Origin: a virus
DNA: 64,000 bases
IMG/VR virus record: IMGVR_UViG_3300024955_000001
Coordinates: 1-64,000 of that record
Strand: one strand, 5' to 3'
Part shown: positions 19,801 through 26,071 of the stretch, piece after piece
Layout: the number at the start of each line of letters is the position of its first letter
How positions within the stretch are numbered: position 1 is the first letter of the stretch
The notes under the pieces: generated by a model
What the model was told of the DNA's origin: nothing
Seen by the model: the letters and a program-made list of their open reading frames with translations, nothing else
Database searches by the model: none
Program-made: the position numbers and the translations under genes

Positions 19801-20798
19801 GGTTCCGCTTTCGGCTGCTTGAAGCCGTGATAGCCGGAAGCTGCGCCACCCATGGCGCCGCCCGACAGCACGCCCATGACCGCTGCGGAATCCACATCCG
19901 TCAGCCAGTCCTTGCCAAGCGCCACGTTCTGGAAGATTTGCTCGGCCACGGACTGCGGCAGCTCTTCCAGGAAACCCTCGGAGATCGCGCCCTCAATCAC
20001 GCGGCGCGGAATGCTCTTGGCAGCCGCTTGCTGCACCAGAGGATTGACGGCGGCGGTAGCGGCATCGTCAGCGTTCTGCTTCGCCATGCCCTTGGTGCCC
20101 TGGGCCAGCATGGTTTCGGCGTCACCGATACCCAACTTGTTGGCCACGCGGCCGCCCAGCACGCCGAAGCCCGCCGTGGCCACGCCGGTTGCCGCTGCGA
20201 GCGCGGCCTGGGTGGGGGTCAGCAGCCCATCGGGAGTTTCCTGGCGGATCTGCTCGGCTGCGGAACCAGCTGCGGTGATGCCTTCGCCGGCCGCGCCCGC
20301 CAATGCAGCACCAGCGGCGCCCATCTGGCCCAGCTTTGTCGCGGCCATGAGTCCTCGCGCAGCGACGCCCCCAGCGCCCATGCTGGGCAACGACTCACCA
20401 ACGGCCGTCGCAATGAGGCTGGGGTTCTGAACGGCTGTAACGGCCTTGTCCACGATGCCATTGGCATCCTGAAACTTGCGTTGCGCCTCCTTGGTAGCGT
20501 CGGAGTGCCAGTCGTTGGCGATTTCCTTGGCCTGCTTGGGGCGAAAGCCCACAGAGCCACCCTCGTTCTCCAGGAACTTGCCCACCTCGCCGCCCGTGGG
20601 AATGTCGGCAATACCAACCAGGGCCTCGGGCACGCCAATGGCGCCCTTGACAGCTGTGGCAGCAACGTCCTTGATGGTGCCGCTCAGCGTACGCTTCGGC
20701 GAATCCGCTGCACCATCGAACTGGTCAAAGTAGTTCTTTCCTTTGCCACCCGGGCCGGCAGTTGAGGGGTCGAATTGATCAAAGAAGTTGGAGCTCAT
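7893..20798 (-). CDS. Giant (4,301-codon) polyvalent virion/ejection protein with N6-adenine methyltransferase, SNF2/DEAD-like helicase, zincin-like and PLxRFG modules (DarB-like class)
   Basis: Uninterrupted ORF. Motifs in order from the N-terminus:
- N-terminal FDQFD x2 and Gly-zipper region.
- FtsK-gamma-like winged helix, 18423-18599.
- MTase motif IV NPPF, 16620-16631 (LNIGNPPFG).
- Walker A AVGAGKT, about 14460-14480.
- DEAH, 13956-13967.
- QREGRVIRQGN, 12747-12779.
- YHEVLGHH, 11163-11183.
- PLSRFG, 9885-9902.
- C-terminal hydrophobic segments. Confidence 0.85.
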   Translation of the reverse strand: MSSNFFDQFDPSTAGPGGKGKNYFDQFDGAADSPKRTLSGTIKDVAATAVKGAIGVPEALVGIADIPTGGEVGKFLENEGGSVGFRPKQAKEIANDWHSDATKEAQRKFQDANGIVDKAVTAVQNPSLIATAVGESLPSMGAGGVAARGLMAATKLGQMGAAGAALAGAAGEGITAAGSAAEQIRQETPDGLLTPTQAALAAATGVATAGFGVLGGRVANKLGIGDAETMLAQGTKGMAKQNADDAATAAVNPLVQQAAAKSIPRRVIEGAISEGFLEELPQSVAEQIFQNVALGKDWLTDVDSAAVMGVLSGGAMGGAASGYHGFKQPKAEPGASPSEQPGAAPTDAGAAPPNLGMERIQQAFAAQLAALQQQEQGDPNVPQTAPPDGAAALAQQQAQAAEQRQAAMDASRAVQSPDDEIYQSTGATVPRSVAMGLDPAAGPLSASAALAVDTGASDQVQQAAALAQAAEVAQKQGKKTAQGNQKQEQPALTQQGVNQETGEISPGSPMESWSDAQLSNTFRGAQSREVRMQLAQELGRRRALREQQELQAELDAEQRASVPGAERADAAFASLTEDAGPVPADLTIPATTEGNRNGPQAAQAQQGSAQPSQVGAAPAVARGAPDAQGRPGANGAQQAAAAGLTDGAPTANPGAQTAPAPSAQAAPQAEGPAQRVASTGDAWTRMPTAERQALAQRADLKPIVRKNVHRAAWADLNRDVQRKLAVAMEPGAKDDATYTKAVELVRSAGAVNRPAIQAALGIGFGEVNALMDRMERDGVVTAEKANGERSFLPANTAPTGEAVPTAAPAAVTRQDKEKEQPNTGAVIAPAAINSEADKDGNTIVGRRADGVMIRQDKNGVRWYAQGGVRIEETVSLRPTRQGMQVSRGELKPEFMTAAESEAAKPAASPAPAAEKAINVSDENQAGTSTKEAPVATNSVANKAPATAKKPSADQVRAQADLMNALADLGDILGKGTRMNIVPEQEQKLLPVLTRVLDAAFRLGYHKFKDSAKFALDQIRANLGDDAADALTLDHLQGAYIAMAGGKTGADTKRAVIDVETKAEIEQHEAVVAADQAEADNAQQENPSDERTTVRSESPQALDAVAAQEGSRAEGERGAGAGAADSGQAGAAGSAVADGAGLSPARSGGSGPEPVRAPKTRARGRAGAVGAQGTRATGEPVPQADGRVAVPGGEASAPNIPAADFQITDEVGLGKGGEVQKFNDNLAAIRALKAIEAANRRATPEEQAMLARYVGWGGLANAFPDPASGQFKDKWTARGEELRELLTKEEYTAARRSTRNAHYTSQTVVSAMWDMVRRLGYRGGLVLESSMGSGNFLGLAPKDMPNRFVGVEYDSLTARIGQALYPQATVLHSGFQKVPVADNAFMLNIGNPPFGSESLRFQFKPELQGVSIHNQFFRAGMDALRPGGIQAMVVSRFLMDAQDKSSRLALAAQARLVAAIRLPDTAFKENARTEVVTDILIFQKMDAGEQAAMQAAITEYNKLKANKKDADAAAAALVPSWVETVKVPDPLGGEPMNVNAYFAENPANVLGVMERSGSMQHGADITVRLDNPAELGKLLSEAVQRLPEGIQNFQQDVLDATASRHKSMSDALRIAVANEEAGHIKATPDGKLQRVIERETPEGDFEFAYQDVDENSPWHESLSQNAEGQWYSLEPVLDEQGKNVKATNAKGEATRKNLYERKVYAKPEDVPEKLRLGKLGMKRLNGLVGLRDLLKRQLVLETADAVPAVMEGNRKSLAAAYEAFVKANGPVGRSTNMKLAMTMPDGGLIAALEVDYQPERTAEQAARSGLEAQKEKATPAPILRERVVPKYEPATKAATPSDALAITLAESGRVDMERIANLLGVSPEQAGEQLQQGADPLVFKDPETGQWETADAYLSGMVKRKLNAARAAGMTKNAEALEKIIPADWTAENVAVTMGATWVPPEIYADFVRHLVGGKARVSFSALTNSFSVSVDGAERTSMSNWSSEGAPADYIITRILNSKAVTVTARDADGNTYIDKERTALAGLKAREIEAEFGDWVFKNGERRQRLVDVFNEKFNTRVVRQFNGQHLQLPGKVPDAILKMRRHQMNAIWRGIYERFMLVDHAVGAGKTFTAIARAMERRRMGLSRKPMVAVPNHLVEQWAADVYRLYPGAKVLAAGKKDFEAKRRRRLFGKIATGDWDIVIVPHSSFGFIGIAPETESRYLELEMAQAQAAIEDAWEQAREDGTDNGRRKPFNVKEAERLAEKIQARMDRLAEGVRDRLLTFEQLGVDDLTVDEAHEFKNLYYSSNLTGVRGMGDKTGSRKANDLYNKVRVLREQPTGSVTFLTGTPISNSAVEMFTMLRYLAADSLDDMGLSHFDAFRAQFVEATPAFEPTESGRLKQVTRLGRTWSNMRSLMDLYYQVTDAVSLDDIKRFYAEDNPGREFPVPKVAGGKDRNLVAIKPTPAQEQGLKDVMEGFDGLDGIEDPYERNAERLRLMDRARKLSLDIRAVDPRSTSTEEGGKLQVVSENIKRIYDKWDADQGTQLVFLDRSVPKSKGDDAIIKAYDDLVAKRDAALRADDQEAFDEAQEALDRYDPREIAELRQAQTSPWSAYQQIKDNLIATGIPANEIRFVQEANNDEQKAALFDSVNGGKVRVLIGSTPRMGAGTNVQQRAVALHHVDVTWKPSDIEQREGRVIRQGNLFSTPPTAEKPNPMFRADFEVEILAYATERTVDAKMWDLNATKLRTINGIRKYDGAFSMEFDDEEAVGMAEMAALASGNPLLLERVKTESEITTLELQERAFRRRMFGIEDAVESAERAIERNPGRIADERAKKEKANAAMEAADARKAERRVTIEGKEYDNLRDAMTAVNEAIEQQQGGKPTARYSISVDGARLTNKDGIDTAIGAALGDSSLFDVTIDGRLIAQHTVAARELAAKFNELTKGIQPGDSRTATVGSMLGYDLVLDAQARETGKGGGQIDASVSLVDADGATVTSRGLNSFAVNQSVVPANVRNLVTDLFDDIGRLANSSTDYLERQLARAKAELPALRQQLNQTFPKAGELTAKRERLRELVGLLEGKAQSAAPTTPEESEAGDGTAGDAPAFRREAPAGVAQADDFDMASYLAAMDQPSVYSDAARRQAVASVSGTVDAIRAAWGPNAPEVVVAFDMQDQRIPEAARNADLRQRSGGARGAPEGFYYRGKAYLMASRLNTPNDAARVLYHEVLGHHGLRGKFGRDLDQVLNQLATMRKAEVAAKMREYGLRGVNSLSVREAAEEVLAEMAEKTPQLPFVQRAISAIRNFLRQHVPGFQSLRLTDNDIIQAYILPARGWVVRGGPGGGPRGGQPVMSRASDAGSADPDIRFSRSSTADLKDSALAQIHQTLTHPGKVSLWDKTVGTMRNLAERSPVFKPVYEAAQRFIDDVSMLGNDAADRAPRLLPRVETLADLKKKPITAADNQAVAKPLFEGTLLWARDVDGTPVTTEALNAKYRNTTPDEKAQILLRTGKIQEQMLKAWRGLPVDQYNTIINNKFDSTILKPGVIWSEKELKDLFSLNAQQVSLYQEARAAIDRSLDMTARADMLRAMGAGYADLREAVLAQATVEDAMVLITDTLQAEARESPDQADRILSLNNAVVKSYERARALMEAGYAPLSRFGRYTVDVVGKDGTREYFGMFESMYESNKMKAAMEKEFPGATVTQGTMSDEAFKLFQGITPESLEHFGQMLGLSGEGTDPKDKAFQAYLQLAKNNHSALKRLIHRKGISGYSEDVGRVLASFVYSNARLAAGGLNAGTLETAIEGIPKEQGELRDVAMGLRSYIQDPQEEGQAVRGMLFAQYLGGSVASAMVNMTQPFQITMPWLSQFGGMRSAASHLAAAVRDMTRRSGYEPDLAKALQTAEAEGIVSPQEIHQLMAQARGAGSLRTGDGTKLGDARAAAANNWERVKVAWGQPFALAEQFNRRSTFIAAYRIAKEQGMADPAKFAERAVQETQFVYSKANKPKWARGTIGGTLFTFKTYSVSYLELMHRMWTQGGPEGKRAVGWAVAMLLLMGGAGGLPFMEDAEDLIDGAGQLMGYNISTKHWRKQALRDVVGKELADFMEQGVSGLPGAPIDVSGRLGMGNLIPGTGLLLSKQNRERDLLEVAGPAGDLVARGFTGARKLLTGDVAGAALEVSPAAVRNLAKGIDMGTSGIYKDAKGYKVIDTTLDEAIAKAIGFQPKPVAEVQEANSFMQRSKSFYIQTSNDIKAQWAQAVFEKDDDALQRVRDRLAAWNRNNPDQPIVVKIPDVMKRVREMGKDRTARIADTAPKALRQQMRDMARENG
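17237..17536 (-). CDS. Embedded 99-codon ORF in the +1 frame of the giant gene
   Basis: ATG 17536 with AGGAG at 17547-17551; TAG at 17237-17239. Product MSAQLYEARARKHWTQWLPKKVAALKASGELEQALQTAGKQAQQEVLSLMEQGFRQHEAEEVALSQYVLLKPEPEAELEPWERKELAQLESQYRKQMGA. Hand-counted GC3 is about 86% in this frame versus about 37% in the giant frame over the same 300 nt. Confidence 0.6.
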   Translation of the reverse strand: MSAQLYEARARKHWTQWLPKKVAALKASGELEQALQTAGKQAQQEVLSLMEQGFRQHEAEEVALSQYVLLKPEPEAELEPWERKELAQLESQYRKQMGA

Positions 20799-20834
20799 CC
20801 ACCCACTGTCCAGCAGCGTGAGGAATGGGCAAAA

Positions 20835-20846
20835 CCCTATGCCGGG
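20835..20846 (-). repeat. Late-module motif copy 3 (coding strand CCCGGCATAGGG)
   Basis: Lies 36 nt upstream of the giant-gene ATG 20798. Confidence 0.6.
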
Positions 20847-20927
20847 CGATGAACGATTGGAGCTTTCGAATCTGCAGCGCCACTCTGATTGCGTACCCTG
20901 CTACATTCCTCACAGGAGGGAGAATCC

Positions 20928-21731
20928 ATGGAAGCCACTCAGGACAATCAGCCATCAACGCCCCTGCGCTTTGCCCGCCACATCGTTGGAATGATGATCT
21001 TGGCGCTGGCTTCACCCTACATCTGGTACAGCTCAGATAGCGTTGCAACCTGGGCCTCAACGTGGGTCACACCGCTGCTGATCGCGGGCGTAGCATTTGG
21101 GCTGTACCTACTGTTCTTCACCAAGCGTGCCAAGGAAGCATGGCCCGGTCGATTCTTTATGCTGGCCTGGGTGATGCTGGCCCTTGCGGTGGCCGGACCC
21201 TATCTAGAGAAGTTCAACCGGGAGCGAGCACAGTCAGCCGCATCGAATTCGCTATCAACACCGCCACAAACAGCAGTTGCACAGCCTCCCCTGAATCACT
21301 TTGACCAGTTCGACACAGCGAGTGCATCATCAAGGCAAGCATATGTGTCTCGTGTCAATGACCTGCGCCTCGCTGGCAAAAATGGATCCATACCAATATT
21401 GGATATACAAGCGCCTTCGGACGCTGACAAAGCTCTCAAGCCATGGTCGCCCCAGGATGTTGCTGCCGTGGAAAACACTCAAACGTGGTGGGTGGACGGC
21501 GAGGCGGTTTGGATGCACATCATGAATCGCTCCATCGCAAAGATCGACGCACTGCAATTTACATACGCGGCAGGAAATTGCGGTGCAGCACCGCCCTCTG
21601 ATCAGGCTTCCTACTTCGTGCGTCTGCAGCGCTCAGTAGAGCCTGGAGCTGAGGCTCTAGTGCGTTTCGCTGCAGTTAGTGAGTTCAAACCTGCGAATGG
21701 ATGTCTGACTATTGTGAAGGTGCTCGGCTAG
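20928..21731 (+). CDS. Antisense moron: 3-TM membrane protein with a ~170-aa predicted periplasmic C-terminal domain
   Basis: ORF 20889..21731 trimmed to ATG 20928 (GGAGGGAG RBS). It is the only plus-strand gene inside the late region and has visibly lower GC. TM helices IVGMMILALASPYIWY, WVTPLLIAGVAFGLYLLFF and FFMLAWVMLALAVAGPYL. Carries NHFDQFD at 21294-21314. Confidence 0.8.
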   Translation: MEATQDNQPSTPLRFARHIVGMMILALASPYIWYSSDSVATWASTWVTPLLIAGVAFGLYLLFFTKRAKEAWPGRFFMLAWVMLALAVAGPYLEKFNRERAQSAASNSLSTPPQTAVAQPPLNHFDQFDTASASSRQAYVSRVNDLRLAGKNGSIPILDIQAPSDADKALKPWSPQDVAAVENTQTWWVDGEAVWMHIMNRSIAKIDALQFTYAAGNCGAAPPSDQASYFVRLQRSVEPGAEALVRFAAVSEFKPANGCLTIVKVLG

Positions 21732-23683
21732 CCAAGCACCTTCTTGGCGGCCCCAGGGCCGAACTTTGCGTCAAATTCTGCAGCCTTCTTCGGGTCTGAT
21801 TTCAGAGCAGAAATGTGGCCCGCCTGCGGCGCAGGCCATTGCCCCCCCTGCCCCGCATCCACACGCTCAACCGCACCCGTCTGGGTGTTGTAGCGCATCA
21901 CACTACCCTCGGTAGTGGACCCATCAGCATTCTTCGTGGTCGGCGTCACCTGGAGCTTCCATGGCGATTCCGTCTTCTTGCCGGACAGGTCGCGGATCTG
22001 CTGTGCGATAGCGGCCTTTTCCTCGGGAGTCTTCGCAGCGTCGTAGCGCTCGCTCAGTTTCTCTTGGCGGTAACCCTGGCGAATGTCAAAGCCACGTGCC
22101 TCCGCCTCGGTTGCGGCGCGCTTTTCCTCGACGGCCGCTCGGCGGTTGTCGATCTGAAAACCGCGTGCCGAACGCTGGTCAGCACCGGACTGCTGCATGC
22201 CTTCTCGCTGGAGCGCAGAGTTCTCGCGCATGGCGGCCAGGTCCATGCCGGGCTGGGCCAGCTGCAGCGCCTGGTCATTTTTGAGCGCTGCTTGAAAGGC
22301 CAGGTTGTCAGGGCTGATCGCTGCGGCACGTGCGCCAATGCGCGACGGATCGTTGGTGATCGAGCTGGCGGACACTTGCGCGCTGCGAAGCGCGTTGCGT
22401 GCAGCCCAGTCATTGGTGGAGTTGCGCACCACAGGGGCCGTCACCTGGGCAGTAGGAGCCGGTGAGGCCAAGCCAGGCGCGAAGCCAACCGAACGGGGCG
22501 CAGAGAGCGCTTCCGCTGCCGCGTTGTTCTGCGCAGTAATTGGGCCGGTACTGAGAGGCTGTGCGGCGGGCGTGGCGGTGGGCTCCCCTACCGGTGCTGT
22601 GGCCGCAGTAGGAGGCTGCACCTGTGCAGGAGAGGCCGAAGGCATGGGCGGGGAAGCCGGCTTGACAGTAGCGGCGGCGGCTGGCGCCTGTGCCATGGAC
22701 GTGCCTGCAGCCCCAAAGAACTGCTTGCCGGCATCTACGACCGTAGGCGCAACAGCACGGAGCGCGCCGCCCACCACGTCATCAACAACAGCCGGCGCGT
22801 AGGCCAGTGCAGCGCGTGCGGTTTCCCCAGCGGCTGCGCCATACCGCCCTTGCTTGGCAAGATCACCGATGGCCTTGCCGGACTCGTTGAACACGGCGCG
22901 CGTGCCAGGCATGAAGCCAGCGGCGGCTGGTGCGGGGGTGGGTGTAATCTGGCTGGTGGTAGCCGCCTGCGGTGGGCTGGGAGGCATCGCTGGGCGAGTG
23001 GCAGCCGACTCCTGCGCGCCGCGCACGTACATGGCCGTCTGGTTGGCCATGCGCTGCTTTTCTTCATCCTGCACCAGCCCGCCATTGGCAAAGAACTGGC
23101 GCGGCTCTTCCGGCTGGGCTTGGGGCGCAAAGCCGCGCACCGGCTTGTGGGTTGCATCACGCATCACAGTCAGCACAGACTCACCCAGCGCCTGCACCTG
23201 TTCTGGTGGCAGCTCGAATTCCCCATTGCTCAGGCGCACCGGCACCGATTCCCCCTGCTCTTCCATCGCGCTATCGCCCACCTCGCCAAGCTCTTCCAGA
23301 GCCTCCGGGCCAATGGCCTGCGTGCTATCGGCGGGCATGATGAAGGTACCAGGGCGCTTTGCGGTTTCAATGGAATCACTGGTGCCAGTGCCGGGTCCAC
23401 GGATCAGGCCCCCCGCCTTGAACCCGCGCGGCTTGACCGTACCACCATCTTTCAGACCTGCAGCCTTCTCGCGGCGCGCCATTGCGCCCATGCCCATGTA
23501 GTCGCTCACGGCCGGAGCGGGCGCCGGTGCTGGAGCGGCCTGCTGCTTCTGGGCAGCTTCCTGCGCGGCTTGGGCGCGGTAAGCGGCAACGCGCGCATTG
23601 CGCTCTTCGTCCATGCCAAAGGCACGCTTGAGGCCTTGTACCAAGCCGCCGTCTGCAAATTTTTGGGGTTGAAAGCCTCGCAT
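21728..23683 (-). CDS. Internal virion/ejection protein (Ala/Pro/Gln-rich)
   Basis: ORF 21728..23737 trimmed to ATG 23683 (AAAGGAG RBS). Repeated GGL[VI] motifs and GPGTGTSDSI..LSNGEFELP. Confidence 0.7.
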   Translation of the reverse strand: MRGFQPQKFADGGLVQGLKRAFGMDEERNARVAAYRAQAAQEAAQKQQAAPAPAPAPAVSDYMGMGAMARREKAAGLKDGGTVKPRGFKAGGLIRGPGTGTSDSIETAKRPGTFIMPADSTQAIGPEALEELGEVGDSAMEEQGESVPVRLSNGEFELPPEQVQALGESVLTVMRDATHKPVRGFAPQAQPEEPRQFFANGGLVQDEEKQRMANQTAMYVRGAQESAATRPAMPPSPPQAATTSQITPTPAPAAAGFMPGTRAVFNESGKAIGDLAKQGRYGAAAGETARAALAYAPAVVDDVVGGALRAVAPTVVDAGKQFFGAAGTSMAQAPAAAATVKPASPPMPSASPAQVQPPTAATAPVGEPTATPAAQPLSTGPITAQNNAAAEALSAPRSVGFAPGLASPAPTAQVTAPVVRNSTNDWAARNALRSAQVSASSITNDPSRIGARAAAISPDNLAFQAALKNDQALQLAQPGMDLAAMRENSALQREGMQQSGADQRSARGFQIDNRRAAVEEKRAATEAEARGFDIRQGYRQEKLSERYDAAKTPEEKAAIAQQIRDLSGKKTESPWKLQVTPTTKNADGSTTEGSVMRYNTQTGAVERVDAGQGGQWPAPQAGHISALKSDPKKAAEFDAKFGPGAAKKVLG

Positions 23684-23739
23684 GGGGACTCCTTTATTCA
23701 TCTGGCCGGATTGTTGACACCAGCCAGGGGCCCGCAAAG

Positions 23740-23751
23740 CCCTATGCAGGG
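23740..23751 (-). repeat. Late-module motif copy 4 (coding strand CCCTGCATAGGG), within a longer hairpin
   Basis: CCGCAAACCCTGCATAGGGCTTTGCGG. Lies 56 nt upstream of ATG 23683. Confidence 0.6.
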
Positions 23752-23785
23752 TTTGCGGTTGCTGGAAAACAAGTGCCTGGCTCCT

Positions 23786-25633
23786 TTAGCCCGGCGAAGA
23801 GATCGCCGGTACCGTACCGGTCACATCGCCGCTGTAGCTGTAACTCACCCCCATGGACGCGCTGCCGCTGATGCCGGCATTCGCGTGCATCATGCTGTAG
23901 GCACTCGACGTGAGCTGTGCGTACACCTGCGTGCCGGCCTTGGCCGCATCGAGGCGCGCATTGTTGGTCTGGATGGCCGCGTCGTTGTTGATCTTGGCGG
24001 CCTGCATCGCCACCTGAACGCCCGCCTCGTACTGCTTCATGTTGGATTCCCAGACCTTGGTCTGCAGCTCGGCCTGCGCGCTGAGCGCCTGGGTTTGTGC
24101 ACGGAAGCCATCGAGCAGCGCCCCGGATTGCTTGCCCAGCGCCTCGATGCGGGTGCTTTCGGCCAGCACGCGGGCACGGTAGCCTTCCCACTCCCCCGTC
24201 TTGGCAGAAATCAGGGCCTGGTAGCGCGAGATCAGCGCGCGCGAGTGCTCGGCCTGCGCCCCCACCCGGATGCCGTACACCTGCGCCTTGGTCTTCCAAA
24301 TGTCGATCTTGGTTGCCTCGGCCTGCACGCTGGCCTTGTACGCTTCGACCTTGGAGGTTTCGGCGTTGACCTGGGCCACGTAGGCACGGATCTGCTCGCC
24401 CGCCGCGCCGATCTTGGCCTGCTCCAACTCCACCAGGGTCTTGGCCGCGCCCACCTGGGCCTCGTAAATCTTGACCTGCGACATGCCGGCCTCGATCTGG
24501 GCCTTGTACTGCTCCACCAGTACCTTGTTGATCTCGGCCTTGGCCAGCTCACCCTGCAGCTGCGCCTTGAACACCTCCACCTTGGCCAGCTGGCCGTCGA
24601 TGATGGTCTTGTAGACGCTGGCGTAGGTCTGGTAGCCCTGCAGCAGCCCCTTGAATTGCTCAATGGCCGCGTTGTGGATCTGGATGGCGTTGTCGGCCAG
24701 GGCTTTGGAGGCCTCGAAAGACAGCTGCTCCATCTGGTAGGAGTAGGTAATCAGCTGCTGCTCCAGCTGCATGCCGGCCGCGATGGCGGATTTCAGGTTC
24801 TCCTGCTCCAGGTCCGCCTGCTTGATTGCAATGTCGCGGGACAGGCCAGACAGCTTGTCGTAGTAGTCCCGCTGGGCATCGCGCAGCTGGGCCGCCAGCA
24901 CACCCGCGGGCAGGGAGAAACCGAAAGATTCACTGGTGCGCATCACCTCAGCCACGTTGGCCAAGGCAATCTGCGTCTCGCGGCCGCGCGCGCGGTCCCA
25001 GATGGCCAGCTCCACCGCAGGGTCCAAGCCGGTGCCACCGCTCATGCGGGCATCAAGCACCGCTTTCAGCTTGTCCAGCAGCTCGGAGGCGTACTCAGGC
25101 CCGCGCGCGTAGGAATACGGAGTGGGCGCGGCCAGCTCCAGCGTAGGCCGGTCGCCCAGGCTGTCGAGCCATTCGTCGTGCAGGTCGATGCCGCCGAAGG
25201 GCACGGCATTGATGCTCACGTAGGTGGGCACGGCAGGCATGCTCACCGTGGGCGCATCTGGGACCGCCACCGTCCCAATAGAGGGCACGGCCGGGATGTC
25301 TCCATAGCTGATGGCCGGGGCGGTGGGCAGGCTCAGGTCCGGCGCCACATCCGTGAAGTCGGAGATCGCCAAGTTCGGCGCGGCCTCGTTGAACAGGCTC
25401 GGCGCGTTGCCCAGAATGCCCGGATCAAAATTGATGGTGGGCATCGTCGGCGCCGTGGGCATGGCTGCGAGCGTGGGCGCCCCCAGCGTTGTCCATGTGA
25501 CGCTCAGGGTGGGCGGGGTGTAGATCGCGTTTTTCAGGCGATCCGAGAACGACACCAAACTCTGCTGCGCGCTCTGCGCATAGCCCTGGGCGAGGGCGAA
25601 GGTGTTGTTGACAAGTTCTGCTGCGCTGGCCAT
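23786..25633 (-). CDS. Virion/ejection protein with long coiled coil
   Basis: 615-codon ORF. Its central heptad-like region is rich in A/Q/K/E. Confidence 0.7.
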   Translation of the reverse strand: MASAAELVNNTFALAQGYAQSAQQSLVSFSDRLKNAIYTPPTLSVTWTTLGAPTLAAMPTAPTMPTINFDPGILGNAPSLFNEAAPNLAISDFTDVAPDLSLPTAPAISYGDIPAVPSIGTVAVPDAPTVSMPAVPTYVSINAVPFGGIDLHDEWLDSLGDRPTLELAAPTPYSYARGPEYASELLDKLKAVLDARMSGGTGLDPAVELAIWDRARGRETQIALANVAEVMRTSESFGFSLPAGVLAAQLRDAQRDYYDKLSGLSRDIAIKQADLEQENLKSAIAAGMQLEQQLITYSYQMEQLSFEASKALADNAIQIHNAAIEQFKGLLQGYQTYASVYKTIIDGQLAKVEVFKAQLQGELAKAEINKVLVEQYKAQIEAGMSQVKIYEAQVGAAKTLVELEQAKIGAAGEQIRAYVAQVNAETSKVEAYKASVQAEATKIDIWKTKAQVYGIRVGAQAEHSRALISRYQALISAKTGEWEGYRARVLAESTRIEALGKQSGALLDGFRAQTQALSAQAELQTKVWESNMKQYEAGVQVAMQAAKINNDAAIQTNNARLDAAKAGTQVYAQLTSSAYSMMHANAGISGSASMGVSYSYSGDVTGTVPAISSPG

Positions 25634-26068
25634 TTAGAGCCTCCGGGATTTGGTTTTGATGGAAGGGATCTCCATGCGGTCGATGCGGAAGAAGGCACCG
25701 GCCACGTTCTTGTAGGAGAACCCCAGGTAGTTCTCGCGGATGCCACGCCCAGGCACGCCACGCGAAACGCCATCTGGCAGGGACTGCACCGGGTAGGAAT
25801 AGGTATCGCTGGGTGTGTGCACCTGCAGCACCCCGTTACCCGCGCTCTGCATGGCGAAATAGACGCCCGACATCAGGCTCTTGGTGGTTTCGCCCCACAC
25901 CCGCTTGGGCGTGGTGATCGTGGCGTCAATGGGTTGCCCGGCGTCTGTATCGCCGCCGAGGGCGTAGAGCGCCACCGCAGAACCGGCGTGGGTCGGCGTG
26001 ATGGACTGGAAATCCCAGTCGTATTCACTCACCGCGCCGGTGAGGGTGTTCATGACGATGGTGGTCAT
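25634..26068 (-). CDS. Hypothetical virion protein
   Basis: 144-codon ORF, abutting its neighbours with no gap. Confidence 0.65.
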   Translation of the reverse strand: MTTIVMNTLTGAVSEYDWDFQSITPTHAGSAVALYALGGDTDAGQPIDATITTPKRVWGETTKSLMSGVYFAMQSAGNGVLQVHTPSDTYSYPVQSLPDGVSRGVPGRGIRENYLGFSYKNVAGAFFRIDRMEIPSIKTKSRRL

Positions 26069-26071
26069 GGT

